Assembly (NCBI GenBank): GCA_964016885.1
Contig: CAXHJY010000018.1
Location: forward strand, 1 to 64,000
Source of the DNA: Eledone cirrhosa
Taxonomy: Eukaryota
Direction of reading: 5' to 3'
Length of the DNA stretch: 64,000 nt
The stretch's first letter is position 1. Every line of letters begins with the position of its first letter. Of this stretch, positions 11,339 to 28,705 are shown piece by piece. A program made the position numbers and the translations under genes. Under the pieces are notes generated by a model that was given only the letters and a program-made list of their open reading frames with translations, was not told the origin of the DNA and made no database searches.

Positions 11339-11523
11339 AACTATATATATATGTGTTTGTCTATATTGTATCTGTATTATTTTTGACCGCCGGTCAGTCA
11401 ATGGCAACATTGAGGACCGAGTAAGTTAGATCGCAGATACATATATATAAAAGACAGCGAGAAGCGAAAACCAACCAAACAGTGAGTGTGTTCTGTTATT
11501 AATTCTGGCAATATTACGCAAAT

Positions 11524-14500
11524 ATGACCCTCCCCAAATATAACAATATCTGTTTCGACACACGATTTCATATAAAAAACCTCGCAAAACTAATTCATCG
11601 CCGCTATGGCATTAGCTTGTGCCAAGCTGAAAGGTTATTGAAAGACACTGTTTTCTGTTATATAAAAACTACAATAACAACAGAACAAATCCGCTTCTTA
11701 AAACACTGTGTTTCCTCCAAAACATACACAACAAACATATCAAAACAAGTAAATAATTTATTATTGAACAAAACACAAGCTGAACGGCTAAAACACACAA
11801 TAACAGTTAATATGAAAAGAACAACATACACAAAAGTCAACGCACTCTACAGACAAAAACGCATCAACGGTAAGGAAATCCGAAATCTCATCACAGCAAA
11901 CGAGAGAGATGACTTCATGAGCGTCATCCGACGCGAAACGAAATATGCTCAAAACGAATGCTGTAGGCATTTCAAGAAGAAATTAGAATGGATGAATAAG
12001 AAAAAACTACAAGAAAGGAAAATCGAATATTCTCAAAAATACCCAGATAACATCGACAACATCCGTATGAGTGATGTAAAACTACCGGAAGAATTTACCA
12101 ATGACCACACAGTAAATATCTATGGGAACACTTTAATCAGTGAACAAGAACAACAAATCCTAAAGTTACCACCAAAATTTGCCATCTACAAAAAGATTAA
12201 TCCTATGGAATGCAAAACGGAGCTGGAAAAGTGTTTCACAAAAATACGTTGGAATGCAAAGGTAAACAACAACAACAATAATAACGGTAGTAGTAATATA
12301 AACAATAACTCTGGGTATAGAAATAACAGCCATAACCATAACAATGGCAGGAAAGTGAGAAATAGTGATAATGGTAATAATACTAGCGATAGACAGAACA
12401 ACAACAACCACAATAATAATAATAATAGAAACGTTAACCACAGACACAGCAACAGTGACCACAGTAGTAATAACGGTAACAATACGAACAACAACAACAA
12501 CAATAACCACAGTGGTAATAATGGAAATAGTACATGTAGCAACATCAACAAAAACAAGAAACATAATAATAGTAACAACCACAATGGTAGAAATAGCAGT
12601 AACAACAACAACAATAACGGTGAAGTAAACAACAATACATCTAGCAATCATAACAATAATAATATTAATGCTAAGGATAGAAACAACAACCACCATGATA
12701 ACAATAATAGCAACACACACAACTATGACGATAGAAATAACGACAACCCCTTAGAGAAACTATTTTTCAACCCAGCTGACAAAACATATAAGATGGGTAA
12801 TATCTATCCTACGAGGTTACCCTTTAATAAAAGAGTTTGCATACCACAACAAATAGATGACGAGACGGAGGCACAGTTCACCATAGCTAGAAATAAGATT
12901 AGACAAGTAGTAGACAGGTACACTATGAGACAGAGCAGACCAGAGGCCCAACAACTTGGGATAAAACCTGTAGAAGGCTTGGTTAGCCTCAAGCAGCGCA
13001 CAAGGGATGGTGAGGTAGTGTGTCTACCCACAGATAAGTCTGGTAGGATGTCAATAGATAGCATGCCGAACTACATCGAGGCAATGCAACCCCACATCAC
13101 CAACACGAGCGAAGTTGCACAACTAACACACGATGGGAGAGAAAAAATCCTCAACGCTCACATGATGATGTGGACTGACATCCTAAAGCCAAGCAGACGC
13201 ACTGCCAACAACTTCCAGGCGTCTAACAATGGCATACCACCCTTGTATGGGCTCCGCAAAGACCACAAGACAGTCGACGACCCGACAATAGGACCACCAA
13301 CAAGACCTGTATGCGGAGCTAATATAGCTAGCAACTACAGGATCTCCTACTTCCTCTCAATGGTTATACGCCCCATAATCAAGATGTCCCCAGATGTATG
13401 TGAAAGTACAGAGGACCTCCTCAGCAGAATCAGTGAGTGCAACAAAAACAGGAGCCTATCCAACTGCATAATAGGCAGCATGGATGTGGTGTCACTGTAC
13501 CCATCCATTAACATTGATTTTGCTGTGAAAAGATGTGTGGAGATGATCATTGAGAGTGAGGTGGAGTTCTGCGACGTCGACACAGACGAACTGGGCCTCC
13601 TACTTAGACTTACCTACGACACTGACTACCTAGACAGCCATGACCTTAGATGTTTCTGCCCTAGTAGACCTATAAGAGGTAGACCCCCCACCATAACCTC
13701 AATGGCTAAAAAGACTCCCATAGGAAGGTGGATTGGGTGGACCAAAGCTATACGGACCCCCCAAAACACTGATCAGGTAAGAAAAATGGTCGCACATGCA
13801 ATAGGGGCTAGTATCAAAACTACCCTAAAGGGCCACATATTTAAGTTCAATGAGAAAATCTACACCCAAAATGAGGGAGCAGCCATCGGCGTCAGCATAG
13901 CTGGCGATGTTGCCAACCTTTTCATGGTATGGTGGGAAAGGAGACTTAAAGATCTCCTTAATAATAGCTCCATAGACCTCATCATGTACTCTCGTTATGT
14001 AGACGATATCAATATAGTTATAAGAACACCCCCACTAGAGAGCACTAACAAGTTTGATTTAGAACGTAGCACGATGGAAAGCATCCAGCAGATAGCTAAT
14101 TCCATACACCAGAGTATAACTGTAACTATAGACTTCCCTTCCAAACACCCTAACAATAGACTACCTGTATTAGACACAGAACTCTGGATTAACACTATAG
14201 ACGAGAGAGCCCAAATTCTCCACTCACACTATGCTAAACCCATGGCCTCCAAATACCTGATACTCAAAAACTCAGCAATGTCCAGTAGTGCTAAGTTTAA
14301 TATTCTGATCGCAGATTTGGTACGAGTGATGAAGAATGTGTCCAGCATGTGCGACCCAACAGAAATGGAAGGACACATCCAACACTTCATCAACCGCATG
14401 CAGTTCTCTGGCTACAACCAAAGAGACAGAGTCAGAGTATACGAAGGAGCCATGGAAAAGTATAAGACCCTCATAGAACTGGACATGAAAGGAATTTGCC

Positions 14501-15153
14501 CACTATACAGGAGCAAATCATGGAATAGCTTAGATAGGGCTAGACATAAGATAGGGAAGGCCACATCATGGTACGACAACCAGAGATATCAGAGTGTCAT
14601 GTTTGTGGACGCCACCCCTGGAGGGAAATTAGCTAACCAGTGTAGAAAGGCCCTGAGAAAGACCCACTTAAAAATAAAGGTGGTAGAAAAGCCAGGAACC
14701 ACCATAAAATCCCTGATCAGCAAAACCTACCCTTTTAAGAAAACCCACTGTACCAATAGGAAATGTATCATATGTAAGGTGAACCCCCGGATAAACTGTA
14801 AAACTAGAAACGTAGTCTATAGCATAAGATGTACAGAGGGTACTTGCAGAAACACGACAACAACATACATAGGTGAGACAGCTCGTAGCATAGGTGAAAG
14901 GATAGACCAACACTGGGGGGAACTAAAAGGACGAAAAAACGGGTCAGTACTATACGAACATGCTAGACAACATCATGACGGTAACATAGACAACATAGAA
15001 ATTAGAATAATATCTAAACATAGGAATGACCCAGCAGATAGGCAAATCAGAGAGGCCAGTGAAATAGAAATTAGAAGACCAAAGCTAAACAGAAAGAATG
15101 AGTGGAACAACAACAACACCCAAACAAACAACACTGACCTAAGAGAAGTATAA
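11524..15153 (+). CDS. Penelope-like retrotransposon polyprotein, second full copy (1209 aa)
   Basis: Translation appears identical to 7398..11027. Confidence 0.97.
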   Translation: MTLPKYNNICFDTRFHIKNLAKLIHRRYGISLCQAERLLKDTVFCYIKTTITTEQIRFLKHCVSSKTYTTNISKQVNNLLLNKTQAERLKHTITVNMKRTTYTKVNALYRQKRINGKEIRNLITANERDDFMSVIRRETKYAQNECCRHFKKKLEWMNKKKLQERKIEYSQKYPDNIDNIRMSDVKLPEEFTNDHTVNIYGNTLISEQEQQILKLPPKFAIYKKINPMECKTELEKCFTKIRWNAKVNNNNNNNGSSNINNNSGYRNNSHNHNNGRKVRNSDNGNNTSDRQNNNNHNNNNNRNVNHRHSNSDHSSNNGNNTNNNNNNNHSGNNGNSTCSNINKNKKHNNSNNHNGRNSSNNNNNNGEVNNNTSSNHNNNNINAKDRNNNHHDNNNSNTHNYDDRNNDNPLEKLFFNPADKTYKMGNIYPTRLPFNKRVCIPQQIDDETEAQFTIARNKIRQVVDRYTMRQSRPEAQQLGIKPVEGLVSLKQRTRDGEVVCLPTDKSGRMSIDSMPNYIEAMQPHITNTSEVAQLTHDGREKILNAHMMMWTDILKPSRRTANNFQASNNGIPPLYGLRKDHKTVDDPTIGPPTRPVCGANIASNYRISYFLSMVIRPIIKMSPDVCESTEDLLSRISECNKNRSLSNCIIGSMDVVSLYPSINIDFAVKRCVEMIIESEVEFCDVDTDELGLLLRLTYDTDYLDSHDLRCFCPSRPIRGRPPTITSMAKKTPIGRWIGWTKAIRTPQNTDQVRKMVAHAIGASIKTTLKGHIFKFNEKIYTQNEGAAIGVSIAGDVANLFMVWWERRLKDLLNNSSIDLIMYSRYVDDINIVIRTPPLESTNKFDLERSTMESIQQIANSIHQSITVTIDFPSKHPNNRLPVLDTELWINTIDERAQILHSHYAKPMASKYLILKNSAMSSSAKFNILIADLVRVMKNVSSMCDPTEMEGHIQHFINRMQFSGYNQRDRVRVYEGAMEKYKTLIELDMKGICPLYRSKSWNSLDRARHKIGKATSWYDNQRYQSVMFVDATPGGKLANQCRKALRKTHLKIKVVEKPGTTIKSLISKTYPFKKTHCTNRKCIICKVNPRINCKTRNVVYSIRCTEGTCRNTTTTYIGETARSIGERIDQHWGELKGRKNGSVLYEHARQHHDGNIDNIEIRIISKHRNDPADRQIREASEIEIRRPKLNRKNEWNNNNTQTNNTDLREV

Positions 15154-15424
15154 ATAAATAAGTAAATTAAATTAAATAAAATAAGATAAATAAATACATA
15201 CACAAGCACATAAACACACACTAGTCACCCAGCAGACACAACACTATACACACTAGTCACACATCACACATAACACTATACACACACGCAAACGCATGCG
15301 CAAAGAAGACAAAATAAAATAAGATAAACAAACAAGCAAATAAATAAATAAATATATAGACAGACTGAACAAAAAAAAAAATGGCGTAGACATACAACAC
15401 AACAGGAGGAACAATGAATATAAC

Positions 15425-15466
15425 ACCACTGACGATGTTGCAGATGTGCAACGAAAGATTTATGTA
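15425..15466 (+). ncRNA. Minimal type I hammerhead ribozyme motif (family A terminal pLTR)
   Basis: Identical to 7171-7212. Confidence 0.65.
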
Positions 15467-15671
15467 AACTATATATATATGTGTTTGTCTATATTGTATC
15501 TGTATTATTTTTGACCGCCGGTCAGTCAATGGCAACATTGAGGACCGAGTAAGTTAGATCGCAGATACATATATATAAAAGACAGCGAGAAGCGAAAACC
15601 AACCAAACAGTGAGTGTGTTCTGTTATTAATTCTGGCAATATTACGCAAATATGACCCTCCCCAAATATAA

Positions 15672-15686
15672 AAATATATATGTATG

Positions 15687-15723
<37 letters not shown>

Positions 15724-15802
15724 GTATGTATATATATATATATGTATGTATATATATATATGTATGTATATATATATATATATGTATGTATATATATATA
15801 TG

Positions 15803-15855
<53 letters not shown>

Positions 15856-15907
15856 ATATATATGTATGTATGTATGTGTATATATATGTATATATATATA
15901 TATATAT
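15672..15907. repeat. (AT)n/(GTAT) microsatellite
   Basis: Direct reading. Confidence 0.95.
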
Positions 15908-16120
15908 CGTTTCTGAATTTGTTTAGCAAGATTCTTTATCTGAAATCGTGTGTTGAAACCGATATTGTTATACTTTGGGAGGGTCATGTTGCCAATAAGA
16001 AACACACGCACCAGTTGCTTTCACTTCAATTTAATTTAATATATATTTATAAATTTACAAATTTATAAATTTCTGGTTGGTTGGTTGGTTCCACAACCAG
16101 ATAGTTGTTTATATATATAT

Positions 16121-16165
16121 AGTCATAGTTCTTTCGTCACACACTCTGTGACCTCTTCAGTGACT
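16121..16165 (-). ncRNA. Type I hammerhead ribozyme motif (family B)
   Basis: Reverse complement of 17180-17224. Confidence 0.8.
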
Positions 16166-17179
16166 GGGGATTTCTTTCTTCGTTTCTGTGCCTTTCCTTT
16201 CTTCTATCCTACGCCATTTTGTTTGTGTGTGGGTTGCGTGCTCAGTTTGCGCATGCGCCACATCCGGGTGTCTGTGTGTGTTTGTGTTCATTTTTCTATT
16301 TTTCTATTTATATTTGTTTGTTTATTTATTTATTTATTGTTGGTTGGTTGTTTGTTCTATGTGTGTGTGTGTTTTCATTTTGTCTTGTGTGTGTTTTCAT
16401 TTTGTGTGTGTTTTCAATTGTAAGTTGTTTGTTCTATGTGTGTGTGTGTTTTCATTTTGTCCTTAATTGTAAGTTGTGATGTTGCTGTTCCACTCATATT
16501 TTCTATTTAATTTTGGTTTTAATTCTTTTATGCTTACTGCCTCTGTAATTTGCCTAAACATTGCGTCTTTCTTGTGTGTGGATTCTATTTTTATTTCTAT
16601 GCTCTCTAATTTACCCCTGTGTTCTATCTTACTCGTAGTATAGGGGAACGAATAAATGAACACTGGCGAGACCTCCAAGATAGTAAAGAATCATCTGTGC
16701 TCTACCAACATGCTAAGATAGAACACAGGGGTAAATTAGAGAGCATAGAAATAAAAATAGAATCCACACACAAGAAAGACGCAATGTTTAGGCAAATTAC
16801 AGAGGCAGTAAGCATAAAAGAATTAAAACCAAAATTAAATAGAAAATATGAGTGGAACAGCAACATCACAACTTACAATTAAGGACAAAATGAAAACACA
16901 CACACACATAGAACAAACAACTTACAATTGAAAACACACACAAAATGAAAACACACACAAGACAAAATGAAAACACACACACACATAGAACAAACAACCA
17001 ACCAACAATAAATAAATAAATAAACAAACAAATATAAATAGAAAAATAGAAAAATGAACACAAACACACACAGACACCCGGATGTGGCGCATGCGCAAAC
17101 TGAGCACGCAACCCACACACAAACAAAATGGCGTAGGATAGAAGAAAGGAAAGGCACAGAAACGAAGAAAGAAATCCCC

Positions 17180-17224
17180 AGTCACTGAAGAGGTCACAGA
17201 GTGTGTGACGAAAGAACTATGACT
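17180..17224 (+). ncRNA. Type I hammerhead ribozyme motif (family B)
   Basis: AGTCA-CTGAAGA-G-GTCACA-GAGTG-TGTGAC-GAAA-GAAC-TA-TGACT: perfect stem I (AGTCA/TGACT) and stem II, complete core. Confidence 0.82.
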
Positions 17225-17374
17225 ATATATATATAAACAACTATCTGGTTGTGGAACCAACCAACCAACCAGAAATTTATAAATTTGTAAATTTATAAAT
17301 ATATATTAAATTGAAGTGAAAGCAACTGGTGCGTGTGTTTCTTATTGGCAACATGACCCTCCCAAAGTATAACA

Positions 17375-19570
<2,196 letters not shown>

Positions 19571-19575
<5 letters not shown>

Positions 19576-21207
19576 TTCAAAATATTAACAAAAATAGACA
19601 TTCGTGTGATCAAGTATATTTTATTATACATATTTCAGAGGTACTGAGCTAACTTGAACAATACGTCCTCATCAGATAAAATAAGATGAATCATGACATA
19701 CCCTGACATAGTAGATGGTTAAGATTCAGTCACGGTAGTGAATAACATATGCCAAAACTCAATATTTATATACCTTAAGATTGAGACATGAAAACATTTA
19801 CATATAATACAGAGGGTGCGTGTGAGAAAGCTTAAAAATACATAATAGCAATTTACATAACTGTTAGAGATTCAAATAATTTAAATTATTGAAGAAAGAA
19901 GAAAGACAGAGAGAAACAGATGAGGAGAAAATATATTTACTAGAAGTATAGAAAGCAAAAGAGAATTGATCAAGGATAGAGAGACAAGGAGTAATAATTT
20001 TTATAGTATAAAGCATAGGGAGGTTTGTATTGTCGTGGATGAATAGGGTGTGATTAGATAATGCAAAAATTATATATATCTATACAAACACATGAATATA
20101 CATTTAGGCATAGCTTTGTGAAGGAGTAAACTCAAATTTTTTAATTATTGAATTATCTAGAGGTATCCATCAATCTAAATATTAAATATATCTGGGTGTA
20201 AATTTCGAGTCCTTAGTTAATTAGAAATATACTAACAATTAATTATATACACTACATATATCCAAATGTATCCGGCTGAACGTTAAATTTCAAATCATTT
20301 ATTTATGTTAGTTCAGAATAAGGAATTAATCAAAATGTATAATATTTCAGGCTATAAATGTTTATAAATATCTATATTAATATTAAAGTATACTATCATA
20401 TTTAATTTATAAAATCATATTTGAAGTATTTGCAAACATGAGAAGGAAGACTTAATATTTTCATCTTCACGAAGGTAATCCATATTAAATTATATTATCT
20501 TATATTATATAAAAAAAACTTTTTATATTGAAATAATAGACATTATATAATTTAGAAAATAATTACAGTTATAACTTTAAAAATTTAAAATTAACAATTA
20601 GTATCTAAAGGCCTTATAATTAAACTTAAAAAAGGGTATTATTAAATTAGATATATGCATTTGTCTAAATATATACAAAGAGCATATTGTCTAAAGTTCA
20701 AGACGATATTAGTCAGTTATACATAACATAATATAATATAATATAGGAAATAAGTTACTGTTAATATTGTTAAAAATTAATGTTATTATATTAGGATCAT
20801 GTAATACATATATACTATAAATATACACATCAAACTTCATGAATCATAAGGATACGAACCAGATTCAAAGTAAAAAAGTAAATTGCTTGCGATCATAAAA
20901 GTGCCAAATATCTAATCTATACAATTTTAAAATACAAGAAAATTTTTTTAAGGATCTATATTGTAGTATAATATCATATTTAAAGTGTCTGCAAACACGA
21001 GAAGGGTAAAGCTTAAGATTTTCATTGACCCGAAAGTAATCCGAATTTAATTAAATAAAATAATAATAATCGTTATATAATTTAGAAAATATTTAACAAT
21101 TATAACACTAGAATGTCCTTAATTATCTAAAGTACTTATACATGTAGCTAAAAGCATGTTATTATACTAGATATACACATTTGTCCAAATATACATAGAG
21201 TATTCTG

Positions 21208-21210
<3 letters not shown>
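19571..21210 (-). mobile_element. Non-coding AT-rich hammerhead-bearing element (probable PLE pLTR or non-autonomous derivative)
   Basis: Bounded by (AT)n; hammerhead near its 3' end; terminal ~95 bp repeated at 21958-22052; internal degenerate duplication (about 20415-20690 vs 20972-21208). Confidence 0.55.
19619..19681 (-). ncRNA. Type I hammerhead ribozyme motif
   Basis: Minus strand: TTTTAT-CTGATGA-GGAC GTATTG...CAGTAC CTCT-GAAA-TATGTA-TA-ATAAAA; 6-bp stem I, self-complementary stem III. Confidence 0.72.
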
Positions 21211-22440
<1,230 letters not shown>

Positions 22441-22505
22441 CAAGGGCGGTGCCCCAGCATGGCCTCAGCCGGATGGCTGAAACAGGTAAAAGAGGTAAAA
22501 GAGTA
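22441..22505 (+). mobile_element. 3' tail fragment of an octopus-type SINE/LINE
   Basis: GGCGGTGCCCCAGCATGGCC...GCTGAAACAGGTAAAAGAGGTAAAAGA resembles the common octopus SINE 3' end (recalled, not searched). Confidence 0.55.
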
Positions 22506-22773
22506 TGCTATTTTCATCATTTCTAAAAATAGCAAAACAATTGATGCTTTGGATATGATTAATTATTGGTCGTTAGACATGCTCAACCAGCCGTGACGCT
22601 TAAACCAATCAGCTTTAGTAATTCAGTGAAACTACACACTGATTGGTCGAAATACAGTTTGCAAGACTTAGGATTCTGGAGCCACTTTTCCCTGTATAAA
22701 ATGTATAAAAGGTAGAAAATTTACCCATCTTATTACAGTTGGAAATTGCAAATTTGACTGTCACCACATATTA

Positions 22774-22812
22774 TGAACCTGAAGATTGCGAAAGCATGAA
22801 AGTACTTGTTCA
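22774..22812 (+). ncRNA. Minimal type I hammerhead ribozyme motif in a pLTR-like segment
   Basis: TGAAC-CTGAAGA-TTGC GAAA GCAT-GAAA-GTAC-TT-GTTCA: stem I TGAAC/GTTCA, GNRA-capped stem II, palindromic AGTACT. Confidence 0.78.
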
Positions 22813-22971
22813 ATTAACACTTAGAATTTAATATTCTATCATACTATTTCATTATAATACCATTATAAATTTTAAAGGATTGTAAATAAAACGAGTAAAT
22901 CAGACAAAGTTGGAATTCCTCTTATTAATATAATCTTCTATACACAATCATACACACCCGTGTATATTTAT

Positions 22972-23031
<60 letters not shown>

Positions 23032-23041
23032 ATATATATAT

Positions 23042-23123
<82 letters not shown>

Positions 23124-23131
23124 ATATATAT

Positions 23132-23543
23132 ATGGTGGCTGCCAACTCGTTTTTGAGTACGGCCACTACTTTATATCAATATAGGAGGACCCCTACCGTT
23201 GCGCTGAACGTGTGTGACTTTTTAGTCCAGCCAGCGACTTGAAAACTCTGATACAAACACTACACTAGTGACAATTATTGATACATAGTGCTGGGCCATT
23301 GGTACCATGTGACGACAAGTGCAGAGAGATCTCCAGATATAAAGCAATGCCTGCTGTGCCATGAAGCTTTTATAGTGAGCAAAGGCACTGCACAAAGTCA
23401 GTCCCACTCTCTTAACCAAGATGATATTTACCAAAAAGAAGAACAAGTCAACATCATTGGATACCATCAGGGTTGCAGTTGCTATATCAGAGTTTTCCTT
23501 CTCCTAGAATTCTGCATTGACAAAGGCTAAGGGGTCATCTCTC
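23132..23543 (-). mobile_element. 3' fragment of an RTE/BovB-like LINE with C-terminal C2H2 finger, copy 1
   Basis: Minus strand encodes [20 protein letters not shown] then a short 3' UTR abutting (AT)n; closely similar copy at 25016-25424. Confidence 0.55.
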
Positions 23544-23581
23544 CCGGATGATGTATATATACATGTATATATACATATATT

Positions 23582-24944
23582 TAGCGTACAGGTTGGGGTC
23601 CACCAGGGCTCTGTTCTTAGCCCTCTCCTGTTCATCATAGTCCTGCAGGCAATAACGGAGGAGTTTAAGACCGGATGCCCTTGGGAACTCCTGTATGCAG
23701 ATGACCTCGCACTTATAGCTGAATCTATGGTAGAACTAGAGAAGAAATTCCAAACTTGGTAGCAGGGACTAGAAAGAAAGGGTCTCAAAGTCAACATGAC
23801 AAAGAGTCCTTGTAAGTAGACGAGAAAACAGAACCCAGATCCACTCATTATGTAGGAAAGGTGTAAGTAGGAACTCCATTCTCTGCCCCAAATGCAAACA
23901 ATGGGTACACAAGAGATGTAGCGGCATCTCGGGAAGCTTAATTAAGAATGTAGGCTTCACATGTAGCAGCTGTGCTGGGACAGCAATCAGCAAACAGCCA
24001 CAGGAAACAAGTACCACTAATCTCTGGGAGGGCTCTGTAGAAACAGTAGACAGCTTCTGCTACCTAGGTGACCGAATTAGCAGTGGAGGTGGGTGTTCAG
24101 CAAGTACAATAACTAGAGTAGGAATGGGATGGAAGAAGTTCAGGGAACTATTGCCACTGTTAGCTGCAAAAGGCTTCTCCCTCAAAATGAAGGCAGACTG
24201 TATGATGCGTGTATCCGAACAGCAATGTTACATGGTAGTGAGACCTGGGCGCTGAAGGTGGAAAACTTACGTAGATTAGAAAGAAACGAAGCCTGCATGC
24301 TCCGATGGATGTGTAATAGCAATATACACGAACGGCAAAGCATAAATGAATTGAGAGAGAGACTGAGCATCAGAGGAATCAAATGCTATGTGCAGGAGAG
24401 GCGGATGCGTTGGTATGGACATGTGATGCGTATGAAGGGTGACAGCTGCATAAAAAGGTGCAGAGCACTAGAAGTCAATGGAAGCCGCGGAGTGGGGAGA
24501 CCCAAGAAGACCTGGGATGAGGTGATAGGGGCCGACCTTACCCAGTTGCACCTCTAAAACGCGATGACACATGACCGAGACCTCTGGCGTCACGCAGTAA
24601 TACAGAGTACCCGACCTCCCATGGGTACAAGCTGAAGCATATAGACAATATGACCCCATACCCTCCCACTGCAAAGTGGTCGTGGAGCTGCCACGGCAAA
24701 AAAACCACCCAGCCCACACTGCAAAGTGGACGTGTAGGCGCCACGGAAAAAAGCACCCATCACTCACTGTAAATGAGGTTGGTGTTAGGAAGGGCATCCA
24801 GCTGTAGAAACCAAGCCAAAATCAGTTCCTGCATGAGCAAGGAATGGCCAGCCGACCAGACACTGCCCACAACAGGACAACCCGTCCAACCCATGCTAGC
24901 ATGGAAGAACGAACGTAAAACGGTGATGATGATGATGATGATGA
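23582..24944 (+). mobile_element. 5'-truncated, frameshifted RTE-clade LINE (RT C-half, 3' UTR, (GAT)n tail)
   Basis: GVHQGSVLSPLLF, LLYADDL, C..CKQWVHKRC, MLHGSETW, RWYGHVMR, RGVGRPKKTW; ends in gatgatgat. Confidence 0.9.
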
Positions 24945-24951
24945 TATATAC

Positions 24952-25014
<63 letters not shown>

Positions 25015-25015
25015 C

Positions 25016-25424
25016 ATGATGGCTGCCAACTCATTTTCGAGTACGGCCACTACTTTATATCCATGTAGGAGAACTCCTACCGATGCGCTGAACGAGTGTG
25101 ACTTTTTAGTCCAGCCAGCGACTTGAAAACTCTGGTACAAACACTACACTTGTGACAATTATTGACACATAGTGCTGGGCCCATGGTACCATGTGACGAC
25201 AAGTGCAGAGAGATCTCCAGATATAAAGCAATGCCTGTGCCATGAAGCTTTTATAGTGAGCAAAGGCACTGCACAAAGCCAGTCCCACTCTCTTAACCAA
25301 GATGATATTTACCAAAAAGAAGAACAAGTCAACATCATTGGATGCCATCAGGGTTGCAGGTGTTATATCAGAGTTTTCCTTCTCCTAGAATTCTGCCTTG
25401 ACAAAAGCTAAGGGGTCATCTCTC
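25016..25424 (-). mobile_element. 3' fragment of an RTE/BovB-like LINE, copy 2
   Basis: [22 protein letters not shown]; same two endpoints as copy 1. Confidence 0.55.
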
Positions 25425-25502
25425 ATACATACAAATATATATATATATATACATACATATATATATATATAAACATATATATATACATATATATATATAT
25501 AC

Positions 25503-28646
<3,144 letters not shown>

Positions 28647-28705
28647 ATATATATATATATATATACATACATATATATATATATACATACATATATATAC
28701 ATATA

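Larger units (their letters stand above)
4332..15671 (+). mobile_element. PLE family A plus-strand tandem array: one 5'-truncated unit, two full units, terminal pLTR plus short tail
   Basis: ATGs at 7398, 11524 and 15652 (period 4126/4128 bp); ends about 20-26 nt into the ORF start, at an (AT)n tract. Confidence 0.97.
15905..17378 (+). mobile_element. PLE family B, 5'-truncated inverted-repeat insertion (arms 15962-16631 and 16714-17378; GIY-YIG C-terminus plus pLTR)
   Basis: RSIGERINEHW...LYQHAK...RQITEA...PKLNRKYEW homologous to family A; tails encode [22 protein letters not shown]; both ends in (AT)n. Confidence 0.92.

Noticed and set aside
1833-12720. Hydrophobic poly-V/I, poly-L and poly-T ORFs resembling membrane proteins
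   Set aside because: Antisense and alternate frames of the AAC/AAT Asn-rich tract.
23132-25424. LTR retrotransposon
   Set aside because: No TG...CA ends, PBS or gag/integrase; the interior is a non-LTR RTE and the flanks are LINE 3' fragments on the opposite strand.
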